Origin: an uncultured Acidobacteriota bacterium
GTDB lineage: Bacteria; Acidobacteriota; UBA6911
NCBI GenBank assembly: GCA_963827655.1
Contig: CAWHCF010000049.1
Span: 128,001-192,000, forward strand
Reading direction: 5' to 3'
DNA length: 64,000 nt
The position numbers were made by a program, and so were the translations under genes. Below are positions 1-12,133 of the stretch, one piece after another (positions within the stretch are counted from its first letter, which is position 1; each line of letters opens with the position of its first letter). The notes below the pieces were generated by a model, which was not told the DNA's origin, made no database searches, and was given only the letters and a program-made list of their open reading frames with translations.

Positions 1-2
1 AT

Positions 3-623
3 CTGCCTGGACCGGATCCCACGGCGGAAGAGCTTGCCCTTATCCTGTATGCCATTCCCGCGCAGCGCTTCGTGGTGGTCAATACTACGACTTGCAGCGG
101 GGCAAGCATTCCCGCTTTTGCGAAAAAAGGAAAGATCATTGTGACCGCGACCAAGAGCGGTCAGGAGAAGAATCAGACTCACATGGCGCAGTTCTTCGTG
201 GAAGCCTTCAAGGAAGGCAACGCCGACGTAGACAAGAACGGCCGTGTGTCGGTGCTGGAAGCTTTCACCTACGCCACCCGGAAGGTAGAGGAGTATTACA
301 GCAAGGAAGGGAACCTCCAGACCGAGCACCCGGTCCTGGAAGACAGTGGCGACGGCAAGCCCAATGCCAAGCCGGGCCCGGAAAACGGTGAAGGCTTGCT
401 GGCCCGGACTACGTATCTTGACTCTCGATTACCTTCAGCGGCCAAGGGGAAAACGAGCTCGGAAGAAGGAGCGCTGGCTCTGGAGGCGCAAGCTCTGGAA
501 AAGCAGATCGAAGCGCTCAAGTACACCAAGGGCGAAATGCCCGAGGCCGAATACGAAAAGAAACTCGAGGCGCTGCTAGTCAAGCTGGCGCAGATCAATG
601 CCAAATTACGGAAGAACCAGTAA
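3..623 (+). CDS. Caspase/C13-like domain hypothetical protein, 5'-partial, with a C-terminal coiled coil
   Basis: Frame is open from position 3 to TAA at 623. Motifs VVVNTTTCSG and ADVDKNGRVSVLEAFTYA resemble caspase-fold domains. Confidence 0.6.
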   Translation: MPGPDPTAEELALILYAIPAQRFVVVNTTTCSGASIPAFAKKGKIIVTATKSGQEKNQTHMAQFFVEAFKEGNADVDKNGRVSVLEAFTYATRKVEEYYSKEGNLQTEHPVLEDSGDGKPNAKPGPENGEGLLARTTYLDSRLPSAAKGKTSSEEGALALEAQALEKQIEALKYTKGEMPEAEYEKKLEALLVKLAQINAKLRKNQ

Positions 624-3276
624 CCGCGAAGCACAAAGATCCTGGTGTCTCGGTATCGTTGTGGCCGCAGGACTGTTCCTCGGATGTTTTTCGGCCTGTC
701 AGCCGAGCGCCGCCCAGAGTCAATCTCGAGGCAGAGAAGCCTTGAGGTCTGGCGACTATGCAAAGGCGAAGGAGCATTTTGAGGCTGCACTGAAGTCGAG
801 CGCGGGTCAGGAAGAGAGCCAGGTCGGCCTGCTTCAAACCTTGCGCGAAACCGGGCAGTATGACGAGGCTCGCCGGCGTGGAGAAGAATTCCTGGCCGGG
901 CGTCCTGGTTCTGCCGCTTTGCGCCTGGAGACCGCTCGAAGCCTGATCGCCCGCGGGGAGTATGCCGCGGCCGAAAAGCATCTGCGCGCGGCCCTTCCCG
1001 TGGGTGGCGCAACCCGCGGCGATGTCACCCGCGAACTGGCACTTCTGCTTGAAGACACCGGGCGGCAGGACGAAGCCCGGAATCTCTGGCAGCAACTGGT
1101 CGACGAATACCGAAAGGGGGGCGCGCGCGACAGCCAGACGCTGGGCAACGCGGCTGTTGCCGCCTGGCGGCTGGGCTGGGCGCATGATGCCAAGGACCTG
1201 TTTATCGACGCAACCACCGGGCCTGCCGCCCCGCCCGAAGCCTTATCCAACTTCGGCTACCTCTTCCTGGACAAGTACGATGCCACGAACGCGCTCGGCG
1301 TGTTTCGCGATGGCCTGAAGATTAACAAGCAATACCCCGAGGCCCTCCTGGGTGTTGCCCTGGCGAAGAAATATGAGAGCAGTCCCGAGGTCGAGGATTA
1401 CGCCAAGGCGGCCCTCGAGGTGAATCCCAATCTTGTCCCGGCCATGAATCTTCTGGCGGCGTTGAGAATGCAAGAAGAAAACTACGATGCCGCGCTCAAA
1501 GAGATTCGGCGAGCCCTGGAAGTCAATCCCAAGGATCTCGAATCGCTCAGCCTGGAGGCCGTGTATCATCACTTCAAAGGCGATCAGGCTCGCTTTGCCG
1601 AGGTTGAGCAGAAGGTGCTTGGAATCAACCCGTCTTACGGGCGATTCTATTTCACTGTCGCGGAAAACCTGGTCACACGCAGAAAGTATCAGGAAGCGGT
1701 CGACCTCAATCGTAAAGCCCTGAGCCTCGATGCCAAACTCTGGCCGGCCTACGCCAGTTTGGGAATCAACCTGATGCGCGTGGGTGATCTCGTGGAGGGA
1801 AGGAAGGCGCTCCAGCAGGCTTTTGATGGAGACCCGTTCAATATATGGGCTTTCAACACGCTGGACCTCCTGGACCAGATGGACAAGTTCTCACGCTTCG
1901 AGAGCGAGCACTTCGTTTTCCGTGTGGCCAAGGAAGATGAGCCTACGCTTTCCCGCTATGCTCCCAGGCTGGCCGAAGAGGCCTATGCCCGGCTGAGCGA
2001 GCGCTACGGATTCAAGCCGGCCGGCCCGATTCAGATGGAAATCTTTCCCGATCATGGAGGCTTTGAGGTGCGCACGGTCGGTGTGCCGGGACTCGGCGCA
2101 CTGGGGGTCTGCTTCGGCAAAGTGATTGCGATGGACTCGCCGCGCGCGCGCAAGACCGGATCCTTCAATTGGGGATCCACGCTGTGGCACGAATTCGCCC
2201 ATGTCATAACGCTGCAGATGACGCGGCACAACGTGCCTCGCTGGTTTTCCGAGGGAGTTTCGGTGTATGAAGAGCGGCGGGCGCGACCGGGCTGGGGGGA
2301 CGATCTCACGGCCCACTTCCTCAAGGCTTACCAGGAGGGCAAGGCTCTCAAGGTGAGCGAATTGAACTCGGGCATGATGCGCCCGAAGTTCCCTGAGCAG
2401 ATTGCGTTCTCCTACTATCAGGCGTCCCTTGTCTGCGAGTTGATCGAAGAGAAATTCGGATTTACCAAAATAAGAGAAGCCCTGGCGCTGTTTGCCGATA
2501 ATCTTCCGAGCGAAGAGGTCTTCCGGCGCGCGCTGGGTTGGGATATGGCCACGCTCGATCGGGAATATGAGCGTTTTCTCGAGGGACGCGTCCGGGCCAG
2601 ATCCGAACCTCTCGACTTCAGCCGGCTGAAGGAACGCGACGCTATGAACCCGAAAGGGCCCGGCAAGGAACAGCTGACCTCGCTCCTGGAGAAGAATCCC
2701 AATGATTTCTTTGCCAATCTTGCCCTGGGAACTCTGCTAAGAAAGGAAAAATCCAACGGCCCCGCTGAAGTCTATCTCAAGAAAGCGCAAAAGCTGTTTC
2801 CTGAATTCGTGGAACCGGATAATCCCTACCAGATTCTGGCGGAGATCTACCTGGAAGAGAAACGTGAGGACGAAGCCTTGACCGAGCTGCTGGGCTGGTC
2901 GCGCTTCGATGAGAACTCCGCCTGGCCGCTCGTGCGCGCTGCCGAGATCTATCGAAACCGCAAGGATTGGGCGGGCGCGGCTCGCGTTCTCGAGCTTTCG
3001 GTTTACATCAATCCCTACGACACTAATATCCAGGGCATGCTGGGGGAAGCCGCGGTCGAAGCGGGGAACTGGCCTGCGGCCGTCGCGGCGTACCAGACTC
3101 TCGTGAGCCTGGCTCCGTCCGATCCCGCTGGAGCGCATTACAATCTTGCCCGTGCCTGGCTGGGTTATGGAAAAAAGCAGGAAGCAAAACGCGAAACTCT
3201 GCGGGCTTTGGAAATCGCGCCGTCCTATGAAAAGGCGCAACAACTTCTCCTGAAGCTTAGTGGGAGCCCGCCTTGA
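598..3276 (+). CDS. Secreted TPR-repeat protein with a central peptidase MA-like (zincin) domain
   Basis: 892 aa. Hydrophobic N-terminus, many TPR-like repeats, HEFAH zinc motif followed by PRWFSEG. Confidence 0.85.
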   Translation: MPNYGRTSNREAQRSWCLGIVVAAGLFLGCFSACQPSAAQSQSRGREALRSGDYAKAKEHFEAALKSSAGQEESQVGLLQTLRETGQYDEARRRGEEFLAGRPGSAALRLETARSLIARGEYAAAEKHLRAALPVGGATRGDVTRELALLLEDTGRQDEARNLWQQLVDEYRKGGARDSQTLGNAAVAAWRLGWAHDAKDLFIDATTGPAAPPEALSNFGYLFLDKYDATNALGVFRDGLKINKQYPEALLGVALAKKYESSPEVEDYAKAALEVNPNLVPAMNLLAALRMQEENYDAALKEIRRALEVNPKDLESLSLEAVYHHFKGDQARFAEVEQKVLGINPSYGRFYFTVAENLVTRRKYQEAVDLNRKALSLDAKLWPAYASLGINLMRVGDLVEGRKALQQAFDGDPFNIWAFNTLDLLDQMDKFSRFESEHFVFRVAKEDEPTLSRYAPRLAEEAYARLSERYGFKPAGPIQMEIFPDHGGFEVRTVGVPGLGALGVCFGKVIAMDSPRARKTGSFNWGSTLWHEFAHVITLQMTRHNVPRWFSEGVSVYEERRARPGWGDDLTAHFLKAYQEGKALKVSELNSGMMRPKFPEQIAFSYYQASLVCELIEEKFGFTKIREALALFADNLPSEEVFRRALGWDMATLDREYERFLEGRVRARSEPLDFSRLKERDAMNPKGPGKEQLTSLLEKNPNDFFANLALGTLLRKEKSNGPAEVYLKKAQKLFPEFVEPDNPYQILAEIYLEEKREDEALTELLGWSRFDENSAWPLVRAAEIYRNRKDWAGAARVLELSVYINPYDTNIQGMLGEAAVEAGNWPAAVAAYQTLVSLAPSDPAGAHYNLARAWLGYGKKQEAKRETLRALEIAPSYEKAQQLLLKLSGSPP

Positions 3277-3284
3277 TCCGCTCA

Positions 3285-4050
3285 ATGGCAAAGACGCTGA
3301 GTCAGAAAGGGACGAGGATTCTGCTTGCGTCTTTGTGCATTGGCGTGTTGATGGTCGGCCTCTCCGGCTGGCGGTTGCCTGCTCAAGACCAGTTCCCGTT
3401 AACGAACTACAAATTCACCTTGGGACGAATCCGCTACTCTACCGGAAATCTGAGTTCATTTTTCTCCGGCGGGCAAGGTCCCCCGTGGAGCCACGATTAC
3501 CCTCGCGGGGAACGTCACTCTGATGAAGATCCTGGCGGAGATCACCAAGATCGACGTCAACTCGGACGGACACATAGTCTCGTTCGAGGATGACGAAGTC
3601 TTCAAATATCCGATTGCTTATCTATGCGAGGTGGGCTTTCTGGACCTGTCGGAAAAGGAAGCCCGGAATATGAGCCAGTATCTCATGCGCGGCGGATTCC
3701 TCATCGTGGACGATTTCCGAGGCGAGCGGGAGCTGGAGAATTTCAAACAGCAGCTGAAAATCGTCTTTCCGGACCGCTCGTTGGAAGAAATCCCGCGCAC
3801 CCACGAGATATTCAAGTGTTTCTATGACATCACGAATGTGTTTCCCGCGCCACCGCCCATCTACCGGGGTGCCATCCCGCAATACCTGGGGATGAGCGAC
3901 GACCATGGGCGATTGATGATGGTGGTCGACTACAATAACGACCTGAGCGAGTACTGGGAATGGTCCGATAACCCTTACGTCCCCATCGAGCATACGAACG
4001 AAGCCTACAAATACGGCGTCAACTATGTGATCTATGCCCTAACCCATTGA
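3285..4050 (+). CDS. DUF4159 domain protein (frameshift near 3519)
   Basis: ORFs 3273..3593 (PWSHDYPRGERH) and 3523..4050 (YLMRGGFLIVDDF, GVNYVIYALTH) join across one indel. Confidence 0.8.
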
Positions 4051-4129
4051 TTGAATTCATAGGGGTCATCGAGTCTTGGTATTCTTGGCGTTCATTCCGG
4101 CAAACATATAAGAAAGGGGAATTCTGCGG

Positions 4130-5153
<1,024 letters not shown>

Positions 5154-5154
5154 G

Positions 5155-5340
5155 GATTGACGATTTACGATTGACGATTGACGATTTAAAAAAACAATTG
5201 AGTGTCGAATTCGTTAATCGTCAATCGTAAATTGACGGAGTGGCTGTTAGGATGGGTAAACAGACAATGCACGGGTTGTTAAATCGTCAATCGTCAATCG
5301 TTCTCAATCGTCAATCGTCAATCGTAAATCGTAAATCGTC
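5155..5340. repeat. Heptamer palindromic element, family A (TTGACGA runs followed by TCGTCAA runs)
   Basis: 4 units of TTGACGA/TTTACGA at 5157-5184, then several TCGTCAA/TCGTAAA runs ending immediately before the DUF58 ATG. Confidence 0.95.
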
Positions 5341-6252
5341 ATGGTGACTGTCCAGCAAACAACTCCGCCAACCAGGTTCATAGATCCGTCGGCACTGGCC
5401 AAAATCTCGAGCCTGGAACTGGTTGCAAGAACCGTTGTGGAGGGCTTCATCTCGGGGCTGCACCGCTCTCCGCATTTAGGGTTCAGCGTGAATTTCGCGG
5501 AATACCGCTCTTATCGCCCGGGTGACGACATTCGCAAGATTGACTGGAAAGTTTTTGCCCGGCTCGATCGTTTCTTCGTAAAAGAGTATGAGGGAGAAAC
5601 GAATACCAGCATCTACCTGATCCTCGATTGCAGCAGGTCGATGGCTTATGGGAGCCGGGGGGTTTTGAAACTCGAGTATGGCCAGTATCTCGCGGCGTCG
5701 CTTGCCTACTTTGCCTTCAAGCAGAGGGACAGCGTCGGGTTCGTCTCTTTCGACGAACAGGTGCAGGAATTTGTTCCTGCCCGGGGAAGTGTCGGCCATC
5801 TCAACACGGTGTTGCACGCCATCGAAAGGACCGGGCCGGGGCAAAAGAGTAATTTCATCAAGCCGCTGGTGAGCGCGGCCGAACGGGTGCGCCGCAAGGG
5901 AATCGCCATAGTGATTTCGGACCTGTACGACGAAACCAAGCACGTCATGGACGGCCTGAGGCACTTCGCCTTCAGGGGGAACGATGTCATCGTATTCCAC
6001 ATTCTGGATCCGACGGAACTCAGATTCGATTTCGAGGAGAGCGCGCAGTTCGTCGATCTTGAGACCAGAGCCGAAATGCACGTTATCCCCGACTACATTC
6101 GCCAGGAGTACCGAAAGATCATCAAGGATCAGACTACATTTTTCGAGAAGGAATGCCAGAAGGACAGGATGGATTACGCGCTGCTGGACATCTCCCAGCC
6201 CCTGGACCACGCCCTGTTCACTTACCTGTTACGCAGGCAGCAGCTCTATTAG
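5341..6252 (+). CDS. DUF58 domain protein (vWA-like MoxR partner)
   Basis: GLHRSPHLGFSVNFAEYRSYRPGDDIRKIDWKVFAR signature and LDCSRSM. Confidence 0.92.
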   Translation: MVTVQQTTPPTRFIDPSALAKISSLELVARTVVEGFISGLHRSPHLGFSVNFAEYRSYRPGDDIRKIDWKVFARLDRFFVKEYEGETNTSIYLILDCSRSMAYGSRGVLKLEYGQYLAASLAYFAFKQRDSVGFVSFDEQVQEFVPARGSVGHLNTVLHAIERTGPGQKSNFIKPLVSAAERVRRKGIAIVISDLYDETKHVMDGLRHFAFRGNDVIVFHILDPTELRFDFEESAQFVDLETRAEMHVIPDYIRQEYRKIIKDQTTFFEKECQKDRMDYALLDISQPLDHALFTYLLRRQQLY

Positions 6253-6253
6253 G

Positions 6254-6282
6254 CTTAGTTGCGTCTTCGTGTCTTAGTGGTG
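6254..6282 (-). repeat. 8-bp-periodic dispersed repeat, family E
   Basis: TTGCGTCTTCGTGTCTTAGTGGTG is the reverse complement of the ACCAC.AAG-ACACGAAG-ACGC pattern. Confidence 0.7.
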
Positions 6283-6283
6283 A

Positions 6284-8401
6284 GTGATGAGCTTTATTAC
6301 GCCTTTGTTTTTCTTCGGAATGCTCGCGGCAGCCGTTCCGATACTACTGCACCTGATCAAGCGCGAACGCGCTACCAAGGTGGAATTCCCGACTTTGATG
6401 TTTCTCCGCAAGATCAGCAAGAAGGTCATTCGCTTTCAGAAATTACGTCACCTTCTTCTCCTCCTGCTTCGGGTTTTAGCTTTTCTATTGCTGGCACTGG
6501 CTTTCACCCGTCCTTTCCGGGAGACGGTGTCTGCGGCCCGGCCAACCGGCAAGGTCAGCACCGCGCACATCATCCTGCTGGACAACTCCATGAGCATGGC
6601 GTACGGGGATCGCTGGGAGAGAGCCAGGAAAGCGGCGGCCGATATTGCCCGGAGCGCCGAGACCGGTGACAAACTGGCGCTCCTGACCTTCTCAGACAGG
6701 GCAACGGCGCTCACCCAGCTCACTGAAGATCCTGCGCTTGTCCTGGGCCAGATCGACAATGGCGCCGAGCTTACCGATCACGCGACTCGGTATGGTCAGG
6801 CGCTCAAGCTGGCGGAGAAGTTCGCGCTCGAGGCGAGCGCCGGAAAACGAGTAGTCCACCTGATTTCGGATTACCAGAAGAACGGCTGGTTCGCCGAGGA
6901 CCAGGACTTCAAGTTTCACTCCTCCATCGAGATCAAGCCGGTAGACGTTGGATCAGAGGACTACAGTAATCTCACCCTGGGAGATGTTCAGGTGCTGGAG
7001 GGGGATGAGAGTAGCGGAGGGGGGCTCCGGATAAAATCCTCGGTGGTAAACCTTGGATCTCAGGACCGCAATAATGTGGCCGTGAGTCTGTTGATGGACG
7101 GCCGGGTGGTCCTGGAAAAGCGAGTCGATGTGACCAAGTCCGGGCTCCAGGCGGTTGAGTTTCAAGTTCCCGGCTTGAGTCCCGGTCAGCATTCCGGGGT
7201 GCTGCAGGTCGAAGATGCGCAGCTGACTCGCGACAATCGATTCAACCTGATGCTGGAGGCTCGAGCCAAAACCCCGGTCCTTTCTGTCGAGAACCCCACT
7301 TCGGCAAGGGGAAGCAGGTCGCCCAGTTTCTTCCTGGGTCACGCGCTCAACATCGGAACTTTATCCCCCTATCGCCTGACGGCCCTTACTCCGCAAAAGG
7401 CGGAAGCCCTGCCTTCATTTTCGGGCGGGCTTCTGGTCTGGAACAATGCTGGCGGCGGCGGCGCCGCGCTGCAGAAGAGGATTCAGGACTATGTAAGGGG
7501 AGGCGGGGGGCTGGTGATTGCGCTGGCCGATTCCGCCCTCGCTCCTGATTTCAATCGAACTTTCGGATCCTGGATTCCCGTCAAGATGGAAGATTCGGTG
7601 GTGCGCGCTCGCAGCGGCGCAGGCTCGCGATCCGGTCCGGACTATGCCCTGCTGACGGACATCAAGCTGGACCATCCGATCTTCCGTCCGTTCAGCGAAC
7701 CTCACTCGGGAAGCTTTGCCAGCGCAAAAATCTTCAAGCACGCCCGTCTGGCGGTCGGGGCGGGCGCCGAGGTGCTCGCCCGCTTTGACAACGGCGAGGT
7801 GGCGCTGGCCGCGGCAACTCTGGACAAAGGACGGATTCTGGTCTTTGCCTCATCTGCCGATGACAGCGCGAACGATCTTCCTCTCAAGGCCGTCTTCGCT
7901 CCGTTCTGGCAGCAAATGCTGCGCTATGTGGATAATCTCCAGGAAGGGCGGCGCTGGGTCGAGGTGGGCGAAACCTTTGCGCCCCGGACCGTTCTCCTCG
8001 AGGCCATGCTGCGTCAGGGGAAAGCGACCATTGACCTCAACCAGGCGGTCGTGGTCATCGATTCGGCCAAGCAGCGCGTTCCGCTAGCTGCTCGGTCCGG
8101 CGACGTCGCCGTGGATAAGACCGGCTTCTACGAGATCCGCACGGCCACCTTGAGCGCGGTTGTGGCCGCAAATTCGGTCCCGCGGGAATCGGATCTCACG
8201 CACGTCAATGCGGAGGAACTCGTCGCCGGATGGCTATCCCCAGATGCCGGCGGGCCTGCCGTGGTTGCCGACGATGAGCGCCTGTCCGCCGAGGATCAGG
8301 AACGGCAGCAGCGAATCTGGCGCTATCTCTTGCTTGCAGTTCTGGTATTCTTAATATCAGAATGTTTGCTGGCAAACCAATCGGTGTTGAAACCGGATTG
8401 A
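6284..8401 (+). CDS. BatA domain / vWA membrane protein
   Basis: N-terminal AVPILLHLI..FPTLMFL BatA motif, LLDNSMSM MIDAS-like motif, C-terminal TM helix. Confidence 0.88.
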   Translation: MMSFITPLFFFGMLAAAVPILLHLIKRERATKVEFPTLMFLRKISKKVIRFQKLRHLLLLLLRVLAFLLLALAFTRPFRETVSAARPTGKVSTAHIILLDNSMSMAYGDRWERARKAAADIARSAETGDKLALLTFSDRATALTQLTEDPALVLGQIDNGAELTDHATRYGQALKLAEKFALEASAGKRVVHLISDYQKNGWFAEDQDFKFHSSIEIKPVDVGSEDYSNLTLGDVQVLEGDESSGGGLRIKSSVVNLGSQDRNNVAVSLLMDGRVVLEKRVDVTKSGLQAVEFQVPGLSPGQHSGVLQVEDAQLTRDNRFNLMLEARAKTPVLSVENPTSARGSRSPSFFLGHALNIGTLSPYRLTALTPQKAEALPSFSGGLLVWNNAGGGGAALQKRIQDYVRGGGGLVIALADSALAPDFNRTFGSWIPVKMEDSVVRARSGAGSRSGPDYALLTDIKLDHPIFRPFSEPHSGSFASAKIFKHARLAVGAGAEVLARFDNGEVALAAATLDKGRILVFASSADDSANDLPLKAVFAPFWQQMLRYVDNLQEGRRWVEVGETFAPRTVLLEAMLRQGKATIDLNQAVVVIDSAKQRVPLAARSGDVAVDKTGFYEIRTATLSAVVAANSVPRESDLTHVNAEELVAGWLSPDAGGPAVVADDERLSAEDQERQQRIWRYLLLAVLVFLISECLLANQSVLKPD

Positions 8402-8519
8402 GCCAAGGACCTGATCGGTCGCTGTCTAGCTCTTCGACAAGTTATGAATGACATGTGGCAAGCGAATAGTGACAACCTTTCGAACCGGTCGCTGATCACG
8501 CACCACTGAAGGGAGACCT

Positions 8520-11500
8520 ATGAGCTCAGTAGACATCTTATTGTCGCGCATCCGGCAGGTGCGCCGAAAATGGCGCCTGCAGTTGACGATCAAAGGGATC
8601 TCCCTGTTTCTGGGCGCAAGTATTGCACTCCTGCTGCTGGGTATCTGGGGCGCCGACTTGTTCGGCTTCAAGCCCGCGGCCGTCTGGGTCATGCGCGTCC
8701 TCACGGGGGCGGCCGTCATTTATGTTGCGGCGCGATTCCTCTATTTTCCTCTGCGCCGGCGGATTTCGGACGTTCAGGTGGCGCAATTTATCGAGGAGCG
8801 TTACCCGTACCTCGAAGACCGCTTGATTACAGCCGTCGAATTCGGCAAAGGAGATCGCGTCGCTCCGGGAATGCTCGACCTCCTGATCAAAGACGCGCTG
8901 GACAAGATCAACCGCGTCGATTTTTCGGTCTTCATGAATCGCAAGCGGGCTGCGTCGTACGGCGCCGTCGGTGCGACCGCGCTTTTTGTGCTGCTGGCGC
9001 TCCTGATGTGGGGACCTTCTTTCTTGCCGTACGGCTTCGAACGTCTCTATGTCCGTTGGACTGAGGCCGCGGCCACTCCTTTGCTCATCCAGGTTTTGCC
9101 GGGCCATGCCGAGCTTGCCAAGGGATCAGACCAGCAGATCAAGGCCCAACTGGTGGGTTTTGACTCGCCGGACGTGAAGCTTATGGTCCAGCCTGAGACA
9201 GGCACCGTTTGGTCTGCCTATGGGATGGAACCGGAACGGGTGGGAAGCGGTTTTCTCTACCTCCTCATCGATGTCCAGTCTTCAATGCGCTACTACGTGG
9301 AATCGAAGGGGCTTCGTTCGGAGACCTATACCCTCAAGGTGGTGGACCTGCCGCGGGTAGAGCAAATCGATCTGACTTACAATTTTCCGGCTTATGCCGG
9401 CATGGCCCCGCAGACAGTCGAAAATGATGGCGACGTTTCGGCTCTGAAAGGAACTCGAGTGGATTTCAAAATTCGAGTGAGTCAGAACACAGGCGCGGCA
9501 AAGCTTATGTTCGATGACCGATCGTCGGTGGCGCTGGCGCCCGCGGGCGACAAGCTCCTTAAGGGCACCTTGAACTTGCAGCGCTCGGGTTCCTACGTCG
9601 TTCAACTGACAAACCGCGACGGACCGCCCGTATGCCGCGTCATCCGAGTACCAGGTCGAGGCGGTCGAAGACAATCCTCCGAAGGTTTCCATTATCAAAC
9701 CTCTACGGGATCTGAAAGCCACCAACGTAGAGGAAGTATTTGCCGAGATGAAGGCTGAAGACGACATCGGCATGGCCAAATTAGAACTCCGGTATTCCGT
9801 CAATGGCGCGGCGGAAAAGGGAGTTACCGTCTTCAGCGGCAAGGGCGGCCCTCAGCCTAGCGTCACCGGGGCACACACCTTCTTCCTGGAGGAACTAAAG
9901 CTTCAACCGGGCGATGTGATCTCGTATTACGCCAAGGCACAGGACAACAACACCGTGACCGGACCGGGAGCTTCGTCATCGGATATCTACTTCATAGAGA
10001 TTCGCCCGTTCGAGCGGAAGTACACCCAGAACCAGGCGGCGCCCGGCGCCGGAGGCGCCGGGGAAGGTCCAGGAAGCGTTGTCGCCGTCAGCAGAAAGAG
10101 ATTATCAGCGCCACCTTCAAGCTGATCCGGGACAAGGACAAAATGGACGGCAAGGAGTACGTGGAGAGCCTCAAGGCGCTGGCGCTGGTCCAGGGCCGGC
10201 TGCAGGCTCAAACCCAGGGGCTGGTGGAGCGCCTGCAGCGCCGCGGAGCCGGCGATGCCAGCGGCGATTTCGGCAAACTGGCCGAGTACTTGAAGACTGC
10301 TATTGGCGAGATGGAAAAGGCGGCAGTCCATCTTGGGGAGCAGAAACCGTCCGAGGCCCTCCCCGAGGAGCAGAAAGCCTTGCAGCAATTGATGCGCGCG
10401 GAAAGTTTCTTCAAAGAGATTCAGATCTCCTTTGCTCAGCAAGGGAGCCAGGGCGGCGGCTCGCAGGCGAACGCCGAAGACCTGGCCGATCTTTTCGAGC
10501 TGGAGTTGAATAAGCTCAAGAACCAGTACGAAACCGTTCAAAGGGGCGAGCAGCAGGCGAGGGATCAGCACCTGGACGAAGCGATGCAGCGGCTCAAAGA
10601 ACTGGCGCAACGCCAGCAGCAGCTCAATGAACGGATGCGAATGATGGGTCAAAAGGGGTCGTCGTCCTCGTCCTCGGGCGGCGGAGGACAAAGCCAGCAG
10701 CAACTGGTCGAGGAAGCGGAACGTCTCCAGCGGCAGCTTCAGCGGCTGTCGCGCGAGCGGAGCTCCCCCGAACTGAACCGGGTCAGCAGCCAGCTCCAGC
10801 AAGCGATTCAGGACATGAAGCGCGCCCTCGACCAAAACCAGCAGGGAAAAGGCGGGGAAGCGTCGGCCCAGGGAATGCGGGCCCTTCAGCAGCTCGATGA
10901 CGCCAAGCGCGCTCTTTCGCGCGTGCAGGATTCGGGACTCAACCAGGGTCTCGATCAAGCCGCAGAAGAGTCGAACCGGCTGCTCGAGGAGCAAAAACGG
11001 ATTCAGGAGGGGCTGGATAAGCTGACACAGGACAAGCAGCAGGCCTCTTCGCCCCAGTTCCAACAACGGCGCGAAGACCTTGCCGGCCGGAAGAGTCTTT
11101 TGGCGGACAGAGTCAAAAAACTGGGAGATTCCATCGACGATCTGGCCAAGCAAGCGCGGCGCACTCAACGAGAGACCAGCAGCAAACTGGCGGATGCCTC
11201 AAGCACAATCCGGGACAAGAAATTGCCCGAGCGTATCCTGCAAGGAAACCAGCTTCTGGAGTCAGGCTACTATGACTTCATCCGTGGTCGTGAGGACTTC
11301 ATCCGGGCGGGCCTCGAGCAGGTGAACAAGCAGCTGGAGTCCGCAAAGGGCAGCGTTGGTCAGACTGCCCGAAGGAAAGCTCGAAGATCAGGTGAACAAG
11401 ACTCGAGCACTGGCGGAAGGGCTGGAATCGATGCAGCAACGCCTGCGCAACCAGCAGCGGCAGGGGAAGCAGAGCCCCGCCGGGACACAACAAGGTCAGC

Positions 11501-12133
11501 AGCCAGGCCAGCAGAGAGCTGACGGGCAGTCGCCCGGTCAAGAGAGGGGCCAGGGCTCAGCAAGGCCAGCAGGGTCAGCAAGGCCAGCAGGGTCAGGGCC
11601 AGCAGGGTCAGCAAGGCCAGCAGGGCCAGCAGGGACAAGGCCAGCAGGGCCAGCAGGGACAAGGCCAGCAGACGGGCCAGGGGCAGGGAGGTGGACAGAA
11701 TCCCTCCGGAGGGGCCCCGCAGGGCTTTATCCGCGGCTTGACGGGGAACGCCACTGCGCCGCCGGTTGGTGTCGGACCTTACAGCGATGAAGACATGCGG
11801 CAACTCCGTCGTGAATTCCAGCAGCGGATGGGCGACGCCAGCGAGCTTCGCCGTTTGATGGACCGCAATTCGACGTCCTTGCAAAACCTGGATCAGGTCA
11901 TTGAAGCGCTCCGGCGGCTGGACAGCTCCCGCAACTTTAACGATCCGGAAGAAATCGCCCGCCTCAAGGGGGCCATCGATACTCTTCGGGGCGTAGAGGC
12001 GGATCTGGCCCGCGACCTGTCAAGGTTGACTCAGAAGGACAAATACTTTTACTCCGATGACAATCAGGCGCCGAGCAGTTACAAGAAGCTGGTCGACGAA
12101 TACTACAAGGCCCTGGCTAAAGGTAAACCGTGA
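8520..12133 (+). CDS. Giant DUF4175-like membrane-anchored coiled-coil protein (several frameshifts near 9625, 10070-10085, 11368, 11545, 11710)
   Basis: Consecutive ORFs 8520..9758, 9748..10125, 10143..11522, 11356.. and 11738..12133 form one protein: N-terminal TMs, Ig-like region, Q-rich coiled coil, C-terminal [16 protein letters not shown]. Confidence 0.75.
11550..11690 (+). repeat. Coding low-complexity (QQG)n repeat
   Basis: CAGCAAGGC/CAGCAGGGT/CAGCAGGGC tandem units encode QQGQQGQG. Confidence 0.85.

Noticed and set aside
5155-5340. CRISPR array interpretation of the repeat/unique/repeat patterns
   Set aside because: Units are 7-bp tandem and inverted, the unique segments vary widely in length, there is no 25-40-bp direct repeat series, and no cas genes are present.
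9987-11168. Long antisense ORFs (e.g. 9987..11168 -, 30677..31723 -, 55181..56467 -)
   Set aside because: Shadow frames of well-supported genes in GC-rich DNA, with no motifs.
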